A stretch of 42,958 bases of DNA from an uncultured Methylomarinum sp. GTDB lineage: Bacteria; Pseudomonadota; Gammaproteobacteria; Methylococcales; Methylomonadaceae. The position numbers and the translations under genes were made by a program. The DNA lies in NCBI GenBank assembly GCA_964392135.1, contig CAYMPX010000001.1, positions 1 through 42,958 of the forward strand, written 5' to 3'. The notes beneath the pieces were generated by a model that worked only from the letters and a program-made list of their open reading frames with translations, was not told the origin of the DNA and searched no databases. Every line of letters starts with the position of its first letter. Position 1 is the stretch's first letter. Below, piece after piece: positions 8,773-18,500 of the stretch.

Positions 8773-10366
8773 TATGCGCCTCCATTTGATGGGTCATATG
8801 ATCCATTGAAGAATGCGCCGGCATATCCGCAGACTGTTTCATGGAGTGATTTTTGTAATGATTCGATACTTCAGGTTGATCATGCATTTTCATCATCATC
8901 TCAGTATGGTTACCGGAAGAACCGGTTATTTTTCCTTTGTTATTAACTGGTTTGGTAACAGCGGGTTTGGTGTTTTGTTGTTTCATGCCTCCTGCTGCAT
9001 CCAGCATTTTAGCGGTGGCTTCACGCAGTTTTGATTCTGAATCAATCAGGAACTGTGCCGAAGTGACGACTTCTTCACCTTCTTTAATGCCTTCCAGTAT
9101 GGCGATTTTGCCATTTGAAGACAGACCTAGTTTGACTATACGCGGCTCAAACTTGCCATGCCCGCGCACGATAAAAACCTGGGCGCGGGTGCCGGAGCGG
9201 ATAATGGCTTCGGGCGGAATAACAATCGCATTCAATTGTTTGCGGGCATAAATAGACACTTCGGCAAACATATCGGGTTTTAACAGTAATTCCGGATTTT
9301 GAAAAACCAGCCGCACTTTGATGGTGCGCGTTTTAGCTTCAGCATAAGGATAGATATAAGCCACATGACCTTTAAAAGTTTTCCCGGGAACACCGATCAA
9401 TTGCATATCCACGGTGTCACCCTCTCTGACCCAGGGTAATTCATATTCATAAATATCGGCATAGACCCAGACTGTGCTCAAATCAGCAATCATGTAAATT
9501 TCCGTCTCAGGCGTTACATATTGTCCTTCGCGTGCGCCGATATTCATGACAATGCCGGCTGCCGGTGTATGAATGTGCAGATTTTTTTTGATTTTATGGG
9601 TGCGTTCCAGTTCACGGATTTGATGAGCCGGGACATCCAGCAGTTCCAGACGTTGACGGGAACTGGCCACTAATTCTTTAGCGCCGCGCCGGATATCTTC
9701 AATCGGACTTTTTTCCAGCGCTTTCAAATTGTTTAATGCCAGCAGATATTCCTGTTGAGTGGTCACTAATTGTGGCGAATAAATACTTAACAAATCGGTA
9801 TCTTTCTTTACCCATTGTCCGGTTTTATCGACATGCAAACGATCAATCCAGCCTTCTATTTTTGGATGTAAACGAACCAGTACCTCTTCGTTATAGTCAA
9901 CCCGACCCACTGCCCGGATGGTATGGGACATAGTGCTTCTGACTGCTTTAGCCGTTCGTACGGAAATTTGTTGCACCACTGTGCCATCGATTTTAACGGT
10001 ACCGCTGGGTTCATCATCGTCACTGTTGTCTGCATAAACCGGCACATAATCCATACCCATTGAATCTTTAGCCGGTACGGGTGAGGTAACCGATGGATTC
10101 ATGGAGCTGCGATAAAACAGAATTTTACGTTCTTTGGGTTTGTCCGGTTCTGCATAAACCGCTACATAATCCATACCCATTGCATCCTTTGCCGGAGTCG
10201 GTGAAGTCACAGACGGGTTCATTGGATTACGATAAAATAATATTTTTCTTTCGGAAGAACGTGTAGTGTGTTGTTCATCGGTTTGTTTAGAGTTTGCTAA
10301 CCAATAACCGCCAGCCAATCCTATAGCAAGTGCCAACGGAGTAAGCATCAATAGGCTCTTATTCAT
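8765..10366 (-). CDS. cusB: CusB-type periplasmic adaptor with a duplicated N-terminal Met3 metal site and a His/Met-rich C-terminal tail
   Basis: 533 aa. The module ERKILFYR(N/S)xMNPSVTSPxPAKDxMGMDYVxVYA occurs twice and resembles the N-terminus of E. coli CusB (ERKILFWYDPMYP..FMDMDLVPKYA). The body is a membrane fusion protein, and the tail is HTEMMMKMHD..HSSMDHMTHQMEAH. It overlaps both neighbouring genes by 8 nt. Confidence 0.85.
   Translation of the reverse strand: MNKSLLMLTPLALAIGLAGGYWLANSKQTDEQHTTRSSERKILFYRNPMNPSVTSPTPAKDAMGMDYVAVYAEPDKPKERKILFYRSSMNPSVTSPVPAKDSMGMDYVPVYADNSDDDEPSGTVKIDGTVVQQISVRTAKAVRSTMSHTIRAVGRVDYNEEVLVRLHPKIEGWIDRLHVDKTGQWVKKDTDLLSIYSPQLVTTQQEYLLALNNLKALEKSPIEDIRRGAKELVASSRQRLELLDVPAHQIRELERTHKIKKNLHIHTPAAGIVMNIGAREGQYVTPETEIYMIADLSTVWVYADIYEYELPWVREGDTVDMQLIGVPGKTFKGHVAYIYPYAEAKTRTIKVRLVFQNPELLLKPDMFAEVSIYARKQLNAIVIPPEAIIRSGTRAQVFIVRGHGKFEPRIVKLGLSSNGKIAILEGIKEGEEVVTSAQFLIDSESKLREATAKMLDAAGGMKQQNTKPAVTKPVNNKGKITGSSGNHTEMMMKMHDQPEVSNHYKNHSMKQSADMPAHSSMDHMTHQMEAHND
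10031..10252 (-). repeat. Tandem in-frame duplication (120-bp period) inside cusB
   Basis: The stretches at about 10031-10132 and 10151-10252 are near-identical, for example TGCATAAACCG(G/C)(C/T)ACATAATCCATACCCATTG at 10030-10060 and 10150-10180. Confidence 0.85.
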
Positions 10367-11654
10367 AAATGTCTTCCTTGCCGATCATGGCAGTCAGTTG
10401 TGCCAATGCCTGGTTAGCTTCGGTTAAAACTTTCCAGTATTGGATTTCATAATTGTATAAAGTGATTTGGCTGCGCACCAGGTTCAAGAAATCGACCTTG
10501 TCCACCTGATAGCCAGACAGCATAGATGCCACGGTCTGTCTTGCCTGTGGGATAATGCCGCTTTTATATAACACAGACTGGTTTTTAGATTGCCGGAAAT
10601 CACTGGTTGCGTTTGAAATATCTGCGCGCACCTTATCCCACTCATCTTGTAAGTCATATTTTCGTTGTATCAATTCACGGCTACGCTGATCGACAGCTTT
10701 GCTTTGCTTGGTGGAAAAATAGAGGGGTACGGTCATGCTCAGTTTCATCGTGAGAAAATCTGCTCTTTGCTGGTCAGATACGGTGTTATCTCGTCCCCCA
10801 TAGTAAGCACCAATTTCAAAGTCTGGATAATAGTCCTTTTTCGCCAGATCGAGTCGTGATTTTGCAGCGTTGATTTTTTCACGTTTTGCTGACAGTAAAG
10901 CTCGGTATTGTTCGGCTTGTTGAAATAATGTGGAATCTGCTAATAAATCGGGCAGTTGTTCCGTTACTTTAGCTGGAATACGAATTTTGTTATCTGCCGG
11001 TATATCAAGCAATGCATTTAATTGCGCCTCGGCATTTTCCCGGGCACCAATAAGCACCAATTCACTATCAAACAGTTTGGATAATTCCAGTTGAGCTAAT
11101 AACACATCCTGCTGCAAACCTTCGCCGACTTCATATTTGGTTTGGGCAATTTCAACAAATTGACGTAATAAATCCTGGTTGACATGGATGATTTCAATGG
11201 CACGATCCAGATAATAAAGCACCCACCAGATTTTTTTGACATCGCGTAATAACAGCCAGCGAATTTCCGTCACATCATGTGAGGCGGCTTGCGCTTCATA
11301 ATCGGCTGCCTGTTCGCGTAGAGCCAGTTTGCCGGGGAAAGGAATAGCCTGGGAAATACCACCCTGTAACTGGGTCATATTTTCCTGACGGGTATCAAAG
11401 GTATCGACCGGCAGATTCAACGAATTAAAACTGACCGTAGGGTCAGGCAGGGTGCCGACCTGGGAGGGTATTGCAGCCAGCGCTTCAGATCGAGCCTGAA
11501 TTGCAGCCAGACCGGGGTTGTCTTGCACAGCAATATCAATCGCTGACTGCAACGTTAATGCCGTATTCTGCTCGGCATTAATACTACTGGATAAAATCAG
11601 CAATATAAAAAAAGTGCTGGTTTTGTTGAGTGAAATCATAAGATCCTCGTACAC
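10359..11654 (-). CDS. cusC: TolC/CusC-family outer-membrane efflux protein
   Basis: 431 aa with a signal peptide and two repeated OEP halves (LTLQSAIDIAVQDNPGL.., QARQTVASMLSGYQVDKVDFLNLV). It overlaps cusB. Confidence 0.85.
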   Translation of the reverse strand: MYEDLMISLNKTSTFFILLILSSSINAEQNTALTLQSAIDIAVQDNPGLAAIQARSEALAAIPSQVGTLPDPTVSFNSLNLPVDTFDTRQENMTQLQGGISQAIPFPGKLALREQAADYEAQAASHDVTEIRWLLLRDVKKIWWVLYYLDRAIEIIHVNQDLLRQFVEIAQTKYEVGEGLQQDVLLAQLELSKLFDSELVLIGARENAEAQLNALLDIPADNKIRIPAKVTEQLPDLLADSTLFQQAEQYRALLSAKREKINAAKSRLDLAKKDYYPDFEIGAYYGGRDNTVSDQQRADFLTMKLSMTVPLYFSTKQSKAVDQRSRELIQRKYDLQDEWDKVRADISNATSDFRQSKNQSVLYKSGIIPQARQTVASMLSGYQVDKVDFLNLVRSQITLYNYEIQYWKVLTEANQALAQLTAMIGKEDIYE

Positions 11655-11911
11655 AAGGGAAATAAAACTGGCGTAACCAGTATGTATATTTAGGAATGTG
11701 CATGAAATAATGTCGACAACTCACTTGTTTTTGTCCGTCTTCTGCGTTGTGGTAACAGGTGCGTAGCTTGCTATGCGCCTGTTGATACGCCTTGAGGATA
11801 AACAAAAAAACCTACGCCAGTTGGGTGAACTTATTTCACGTACGTTCCTTAGAGTAATGTATTAACATATAGGATGATACGAAGCACGTCCCAAGTGAAA
11901 TACAAAGCCCC

Positions 11912-12295
11912 TTAGAAGATTTGTTTGGGCGGTTTTAAATCAGAGGATAAAGGGGTGTCGTAAGGTGAGACGTATTCATAAATTGAATACGAGGGGGCGG
12001 TGACTGTATTAATTGTGGGTATTGAAGACATGATGCCATCACCACCACAAATATGCACAGTACAGCTACTGTGGCAATCCCTATCTGTCTGATGGTTTTG
12101 TAATACTTTAAGCGTATTGTGACCTAAAGATTGTGCACCATCAACTGATTGGGTAACAGAAATATTTTGACTTTCAGATAACTGACCAGACATATCTATA
12201 CCAGCACAATGATCAAACGCCGATGCAATGGGCGTTATCAGCATCATCAGTATAAGTAAAATTGGAAGGCCTTGTTTTTTCATTACTAAAGTCAT
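11912..12295 (-). CDS. Small secreted Cys/His-rich protein (possible CzcI/DUF2946-like metal-efflux accessory protein)
   Basis: 127 aa with a signal peptide (..PIASAFDHC) and the motifs DHC and DRDCHSSCTVHICGG. It sits upstream of and co-directional with cusCBA. I cannot verify the family assignment. Confidence 0.5.
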   Translation of the reverse strand: MTLVMKKQGLPILLILMMLITPIASAFDHCAGIDMSGQLSESQNISVTQSVDGAQSLGHNTLKVLQNHQTDRDCHSSCTVHICGGDGIMSSIPTINTVTAPSYSIYEYVSPYDTPLSSDLKPPKQIF

Positions 12296-12313
12296 TAAAA
12301 AATGTATTTCTTT

Positions 12314-12342
12314 ATAGTAGGTTGATTGAGAATTATTGTCAA
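12314..12342 (-). promoter_or_regulatory. Putative sigma70 promoter for the small-protein/cusCBA transcription unit
   Basis: On the minus strand: TTGACA (12342-12337), a 17-nt spacer, then TACTAT (12319-12314). The -35 element sits inside the 13-nt palindrome TTATTGTCAATAA (12332-12344). Confidence 0.3.
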
Positions 12343-12441
12343 TAAAAATTTTGTATGCTGTTTGTAAAAATCAGTTTTGGTTTTTTTGTCTCATTTGACA
12401 ATTTAGTTGAACTTTTATTGATTCTTGTTATCATTGGCATC

Positions 12442-12789
12442 ATGAAACGAGCGAGTATTTATTTTTTAGCATTTTTGACTTTTTGGATGTCCACCTGGAT
12501 GGTGACGGATATTCATGACTGGTCACTTACGGATGCTAATCAACCGCATCCTGTTTTTTCTATGCAACAGTCACACTCTGTTTCTGATATTCAAACAGCT
12601 ACTCAAGACCATACTCCGCATTGCGGGGTTTGTAGTTATGACCATGGCGGACATATGGGGCAAACACTGGCTGCGCCCCCCTTAGTAGCAAAAAGCTTTC
12701 CTGCACAAAATACAGCCAAGTCTTCCCTTCAATCTGAATTCTGGTATTCCAGAAGAATAGCACCCAAAATACGTCCTCCTATTGCCTGA
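12442..12789 (+). CDS. Small secreted or membrane-anchored His/Cys-rich protein (possible CzcI/DUF2946-like)
   Basis: The ORF is open from 12355, but the ATG at 12442 (MKRASIYFLAFLTFW..) gives a signal-like N-terminus. It contains the motif HTPHCGVCSYDHGGHMG and leads the czcCBA-like operon. Confidence 0.5.
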   Translation: MKRASIYFLAFLTFWMSTWMVTDIHDWSLTDANQPHPVFSMQQSHSVSDIQTATQDHTPHCGVCSYDHGGHMGQTLAAPPLVAKSFPAQNTAKSSLQSEFWYSRRIAPKIRPPIA

Positions 12790-12826
12790 ACGTTTTGGCG
12801 TTTGGTAAAGGAATAGTTCCGTATAA

Positions 12827-12866
12827 TTATTATGCAGGATGTGCCTTAGCATATCCTGCATAATAA
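12827..12866. repeat. 14-bp perfect-stem palindrome between the small ORF and the OMF gene
   Basis: TTATTATGCAGGAT (12827-12840) pairs with ATCCTGCATAATAA (12853-12866). The loop region carries an AGGATGTGC motif like the REP head. Confidence 0.6.
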
Positions 12867-12939
12867 TATTTATCAAACGCCTCCCCTATTTCATTTCTCA
12901 AGTATGACTTGAGATATTGTTTTCAGTTCAGGAGGTTTA

Positions 12940-14322
12940 ATGAACCCACAAGTAAAAAATAGTTCTTACGCGCGCGGGGTAGTCTCGCTCACGGCGCTAG
13001 GATTTTGTTTATCCTTTTCTCAAGCGTATGCAGAAACAGGCATTAATGCCCCTAAGCATCAGCTTAGCTTACAATCGCCCGATATAACTGCACAGCGCCC
13101 CGTTGCTTTAACACCTATTAAAGAGCCAACAACTCAACTGGTGTTAGCACAAGCACTGGCGCTGGCATTAACGGGTAACCCTGAACTTGCTGCCTTTTCC
13201 GGGGAAATCCGGGCGCGTGAAGCCGCAACATTACAGGCGAGCCTGATGCCTAACCCAGTATTCAACGCCAAAGCATTAAACTTTGGTAATAATGCCTTTA
13301 AAGATTTTGATGGCGACACCGTCAGGCTGCAATTGAGTCAATTAATTGAGCTGGGCGGTAAACGGGCCGCCCGAACCAAGGCCGCAACGCTGAATCAGGA
13401 GCTGGCTGACTGGGATTATGAAAGCAAGCGGATTGATATTTTGACTCAGACAACCCAGACATTTATCGGGGTGTTGACGGCACAAAAACGTCTGACCTTG
13501 CAACAACAATTATTGAAGTTGTCTACTCAAGTTCTGGACACCGCAATTGCTCAGGTAAAAGCAGGTAACGTCTCACCACTGGAAGAAACCAAAGCCCGGG
13601 TGGCAGAGGCTTCGTCGCGGGTTGAATTGATGCGTGCACAAAGAAAATTAATCACTGCCAGACAACAATTAGCCGCAACTTGGGGAAGCGAGAAATCTCA
13701 GTTCACTAGCGTAGTTGGAGATCTGGACAGTATTGATGAGCCACCCACACTGGAATCTTTATTTCAACGAGTCCAGCGTAACCCGGATTTGGCACGCTGG
13801 GTCACGGAAATTACCCGACGACAGGCCGTCATTGCCAGAGAAAAATCCAAAGCCATTCCTAATGTCAACCTGTCATTGGGTCTCGTTCAAAAAATGATAC
13901 CCGGTGATACCGCAATAATCGTTGGATTTTCTGTTCCCCTACAGCTATTTGACCGCAACCAAGGGAAAATTCAGGAGGCGGAACAGCGATTGAGCAAAGC
14001 GATGGATGTGCGGCGTAATGTTAAAGTCCGAATAGCGACTGCACTCAATACTGTTTATCAACAATTAGATACTGCCTATGTCACAGTAACAACCTTACGT
14101 CAAGAAGTGATACCGGGTGCTGAAAGTGCATTTAAAGCTGCCAGCCGAGGTTATCGCCTGGGTAAATTTGGCTTTCTTGATGTACTGGATGCGCAACGTA
14201 CATTGTTCCGTGTGAAAGCACAATATTTACAGGCGTTGTCAGATTACCATCAGAGTGTAAACCGTACTGAACGCTTGATTGGAAGTCCATTACAAGTCCC
14301 ACAAGAATCCGCGAGTAAATAA
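12940..14322 (+). CDS. TolC/CzcC-family outer-membrane efflux protein
   Basis: 460 aa. An AGGAGG Shine-Dalgarno (SD) site lies 5 nt upstream. It has a signal peptide ending QAYAE and a duplicated OEP architecture. Confidence 0.85.
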   Translation: MNPQVKNSSYARGVVSLTALGFCLSFSQAYAETGINAPKHQLSLQSPDITAQRPVALTPIKEPTTQLVLAQALALALTGNPELAAFSGEIRAREAATLQASLMPNPVFNAKALNFGNNAFKDFDGDTVRLQLSQLIELGGKRAARTKAATLNQELADWDYESKRIDILTQTTQTFIGVLTAQKRLTLQQQLLKLSTQVLDTAIAQVKAGNVSPLEETKARVAEASSRVELMRAQRKLITARQQLAATWGSEKSQFTSVVGDLDSIDEPPTLESLFQRVQRNPDLARWVTEITRRQAVIAREKSKAIPNVNLSLGLVQKMIPGDTAIIVGFSVPLQLFDRNQGKIQEAEQRLSKAMDVRRNVKVRIATALNTVYQQLDTAYVTVTTLRQEVIPGAESAFKAASRGYRLGKFGFLDVLDAQRTLFRVKAQYLQALSDYHQSVNRTERLIGSPLQVPQESASK

Positions 14323-14327
14323 AACCT

Positions 14328-15569
14328 ATGAAACTATCAATACCCACTGTCTTTGGTCAAAACAACATGAGGCATACGACTGCACTATTAGCACTGCTAC
14401 TGTGTTTGAGTTTGTCAAAATTGACTCTGGCAGCCGATCATGAACATGAGCATGAAAATCATGCGGATCATGCGGATCAGGCAGACCATGAAGATTCCGA
14501 ATTAAAATTATCTGCGAATGAATTAAAAGAATTCTCTATTGAAATCACTCGAGCAAAGTCGGGGACTATTAAAAAAACACAGGATTTGGCCGGGGAAGTG
14601 ATTGTTGAACCTAGCCGTTTGTATCACGTCGTTCCCCGGGTTTCTGGCGTAGTTCTCAGGGTTTATAAATTTCTCGGGGAACGTGTTAAAACCGGTGATT
14701 TATTAGCCACATTATCCAGTCGGGAACTGGCTAATGCCAAAGCACAATTTGTTGCGGCTGACAGTTTACTCAGACTGGCCAATACCACGCTGCAACGCGA
14801 ACAAAAACTGTATCGTGAAAAAATTACAGCAAAAAGTGATTACCTGGCAGCCAGACAAGCGCAAGTTGAGATGTCTGTCAAACGTAAAGTCGCCCAGCAA
14901 CAATTACTGGCTTTAGGGTTGACAAAACAGGCCGTCCAAAAAGTTTTAAAAAATGCGGACAAGGATTTGACTCTATACCAGTTACGCGCCCCAGTCGATG
15001 GCATTATTATTGGTAAACATGCTGTCAGTGGCGAAGTTCTAAATGTCAATAGCCGTAGCTTTACCGTGGCTGATTTATCGCAGGTTTGGGTGAATTTGAC
15101 TGTTTATCAACAGAGTTTACCTTTTATTCATTTAGATCAAGCTGTTAGTATTTTCAGCCGTTTTGGATTGGATGGTCAAACATTGGCGACTGAAGGCATT
15201 ATTAACTGGGTCAGCCCAACACTGGATGAGAAAATTCGCAGCGCGACTGCACGCGTTGTGATAGATAATCCTGATAGACATTGGCGTCCTGGACTATTTG
15301 TCAATGCCAAGGTCACGATTGCCGAAATCCAGGCAGGTGTGGTTATTCCTCTCACAGCACTACAAACGCTTAAGGGTGAAACCGTAGTCTTTATTCAACA
15401 CGAGGATGGCGATTTTGAACCACAGCCCGTTACCTTGGGTGACCGGGATTATCAGCAAGTGGAAATCCTTTCTGGATTAAAAGCAGGACAAATGTATGTC
15501 AGTCAGAATGCCTTTACTTTGAAAGCACAGTTACAAAAAGGTGAATTTGGCGAAGGTCATCACCATTAA
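14328..15569 (+). CDS. Efflux RND periplasmic adaptor (CzcB-like) with a His-rich N-terminus
   Basis: 413 aa. It carries ADHEHEHENHADHADQADHED after the signal peptide, has a membrane fusion protein body, and ends GEGHHH. Confidence 0.85.
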   Translation: MKLSIPTVFGQNNMRHTTALLALLLCLSLSKLTLAADHEHEHENHADHADQADHEDSELKLSANELKEFSIEITRAKSGTIKKTQDLAGEVIVEPSRLYHVVPRVSGVVLRVYKFLGERVKTGDLLATLSSRELANAKAQFVAADSLLRLANTTLQREQKLYREKITAKSDYLAARQAQVEMSVKRKVAQQQLLALGLTKQAVQKVLKNADKDLTLYQLRAPVDGIIIGKHAVSGEVLNVNSRSFTVADLSQVWVNLTVYQQSLPFIHLDQAVSIFSRFGLDGQTLATEGIINWVSPTLDEKIRSATARVVIDNPDRHWRPGLFVNAKVTIAEIQAGVVIPLTALQTLKGETVVFIQHEDGDFEPQPVTLGDRDYQQVEILSGLKAGQMYVSQNAFTLKAQLQKGEFGEGHHH

Positions 15570-15578
15570 AGGACAATT

Positions 15579-18500
15579 ATGAATCAAATAATTAATCTCT
15601 CTTTACGCAGCCGGTTATTAATGCTGGTACTGGCGGTTTTGGTGATTGCAGCCGGTTATCGCAGTTATCAGAAATTACCCGTGGATGCTTTTCCTGACGT
15701 ATCTCCCAATCTGGTGCAGATTTTTACCCTGACAGCAGGATTGGCACCCGAAGAAATTGAAAAATATGTGACTTATCCAGTCGAAGTTTCTATGAATGGC
15801 TTGCCAGGCATTGAAAAAATTCGCTCAATATCCAATTTTGGTCTGTCAGTTGTCAGTGTCTATTTTAAAGATGATATGGATATTTACTTTGTCCGGCAAC
15901 TGGTGAATGAGCGTTTACAGGAAGCCCGAGGACAAATACCGCCCGGTTATGGCGATCCACAAATGGGACCAATCTCAACGGGGATGGGACTGGTGTTATT
16001 TTATTACCTTAAAGATGACACGCATAAATATACACTGGAAGATCTGCGTACCATGCAAGACTGGATTGTTAAATTCAATCTGCAAACAGTCAAAGGGGTA
16101 ACAGAAGTTTTAGGTATTGGTGGTTTTGTTAAACAATTTCAGGTGGTGGTACATCCTGATGCATTGCTTCGCTATGGGGTGTCGCTGGCTGAGATTACCC
16201 GCCGTATTAACAGCAATAATCTCAATATTGGTGCTCAATATCTGGAATCTAACAACGAACAATTTATTATTCGTTCAGTTGGATTGTTACAAGGTATACC
16301 TGACATTAATCAGATTGTTATCAAAACGGTGGATGGTCGTCCCGTTTATTTACAAGATGTGGCAACGGTCAGAATCGGCGGTGCTATCCGCAGAGGATTG
16401 CAAACCCACAATGGCGAAGGAGAAGTCGTTGCTGGTATGGCGATCAAACTTTATGGAACCAATGCCTCAACGGTGATTGAACGGGTCGAAGAAAAAATTA
16501 ACAAAATCAATAAAGCCTTGCCTGAAGGGGTCACTATTGTGCCTTATTATCAGCAAAAAGATATTGTTGAAGGTGCTGTGAAGACTGTCAGCAATGCCTT
16601 GATACAAGGTATTGTTCTAGTGTCGCTGGTATTGTTTTTGTTTATGGGTGGGTTTCGTCCCAGCATTGTGGTGGCATTGGCCATTCCTTTTTCTGTTATG
16701 TTCGCCTTTATTGCCATGGGACAATTTGATTTGTCTGCCAATTTAATGTCATTAGGTGGCTTGGCAATTGCTATTGGTATGATGGTAGACGGCACCATTG
16801 TGATGGTTGAAAATGTAGACAGAATGTTACGTGAGTCCGATCCAGATGAACCCAGAATTCATGTGGTTGGCCGAGCATGTAGAGAAGTTGCAAAACCCAT
16901 TCTGTTTGCAATTTCAATTATTATCATTGTATTTCTGCCGCTTTTTACCCTGGAAGGGGTTGCTGGAAAAACCTTTAAACCACTGGCATTTACTGTTGCT
17001 CTAGCGATGCTTGGCTCGCTGGTTTACGCACTGTTTTTAGCACCGGTTATGTCAGATATATTGATGCGCCGTCAACAACCACGGGCAGACGGCAAACCTA
17101 ATATGGATGAACGCATTTTAAATGCGTTGCTTACACCTTATCGCCCTTTGGTGAGTTATTTTGTCAATCATCGAAAAATAGCTATTAGTGTTGCAGCGGG
17201 TCTATTATTACTGGGGAGTATTGTTTTTCCATTTTTAGGCTCTGAATTTACGCCAACCTTACAGGAAGGTACGATTGTTGTGCAATTAACGATGGCTCCT
17301 TCAGTGGCAATTACAGAAACCAGGAAAAATACGGAGATTGTCGAAAGACGTTTGTTGACCATTCCTGAAGTTATTGAAGTAACCAGCCGAATTGGTCGGG
17401 GTGAAGTGGGGGCGCATGCTGACCCTGTGAATTCAGCAGAAATGTATGTCATTCTCAAACCTAAGGACGAATGGCGCGAACCCGGCAATCAGGAATTTAT
17501 TGAACAGGAAATTCGCAAGAAAATAGCCAATCTGCCGGGTATGGCCGCTAACCTGACCCAACCGATTGAAATGACCGTAGAAGAATTGCTGGAAGGCGTG
17601 AAAGCGGAACTGGCAGTCAAATTATTTGGCGATGATTTGGATTTGTTGAAAAAAAATGCCGATAAAATTGCAGCGGTGATGAAACAAGTCCCTGGAGCGG
17701 CAGATGTCAAGGTCGATCAGGTGAGTGGTACGCCTCAATTAGTGATTACTCCAGATCGTCAGGCGATTGCGCGTTATGGTTTGAATATTGACGATGTACA
17801 GAATGTTATTCGTAGTGCTGTAGGAGGAACAACGGCTGGGCAAATTTTTGAAGGTATCCGCCGATTTGATATTTATATACGCTATGACAAAAAGTATCGA
17901 AATACCCCGGCAGCTATCGCCAATATTCTTATCAGCGGTCCCAATGGCTTACAGGTACCTTTGGCACAGATTGCCAATATCCGTGAAATTGTCGGGCCAA
18001 GACAAATCACCCGAGAGAATAACCAGCGTTTTATTACCATTCAAGCCAATGTAGTAGGACGTGATATTGGTTCATTTGTTGCAGAAGCTCAGCAGGCAAT
18101 TGACAACAAGGTATCACTGCCACCGGGGTATTTAACGACTTGGGGTGGGCAGTTCCGCCTACAGCAAGAGGCTAACGCCCGCCTTGCCGTGGTTGTACCT
18201 GTAACCTTGATTATTGTTGCCTTATTGCTTTACAGTAGTTTTAATTCACTGAAAAATGCGGCATTGATTTTACTGAATATTCCATTGGCTTTAGTGGGAG
18301 GCGTTATTGCTTTATGGTTGAGTGGTCAGAATTTATCTGTCCCCGCTTCAGTCGGCTTTATCGCGTTATTTGGTATTGCTTTAGAAAATGGCATGGTATT
18401 GGTGACCTATTTAAACCAGTTAGTCCGTGAAGGGGTTGCTCTTGATAAGGCTTCTATTCAAGGCGCCTGCCTTCGGGTGCGCCCCGTATTGATGACCGCA

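Noticed and set aside
11584-11805. A 73-aa ORF spanning the cusC start and the upstream spacer.
   Set aside because: It overlaps the cusC N-terminus in another frame and has no signal or motif. The 257-bp spacer is more likely regulatory.
12355-12441. An upstream extension of the small His/Cys protein ORF (MLFVKISFGFF..).
   Set aside because: The extension overlaps the putative divergent promoter region and would add an odd hydrophobic leader. The internal ATG at 12442 gives a normal signal-like N-terminus, although no clear SD site supports either start.
14436-14494. A short-period CAT/GAT-rich microrepeat that looks like a simple-sequence repeat.
   Set aside because: It simply encodes the His/Asp-rich N-terminal metal-binding stretch (DHEHEHENHADHADQADHED) of the RND adaptor. 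It is not a CRISPR array or an independent repeat element.
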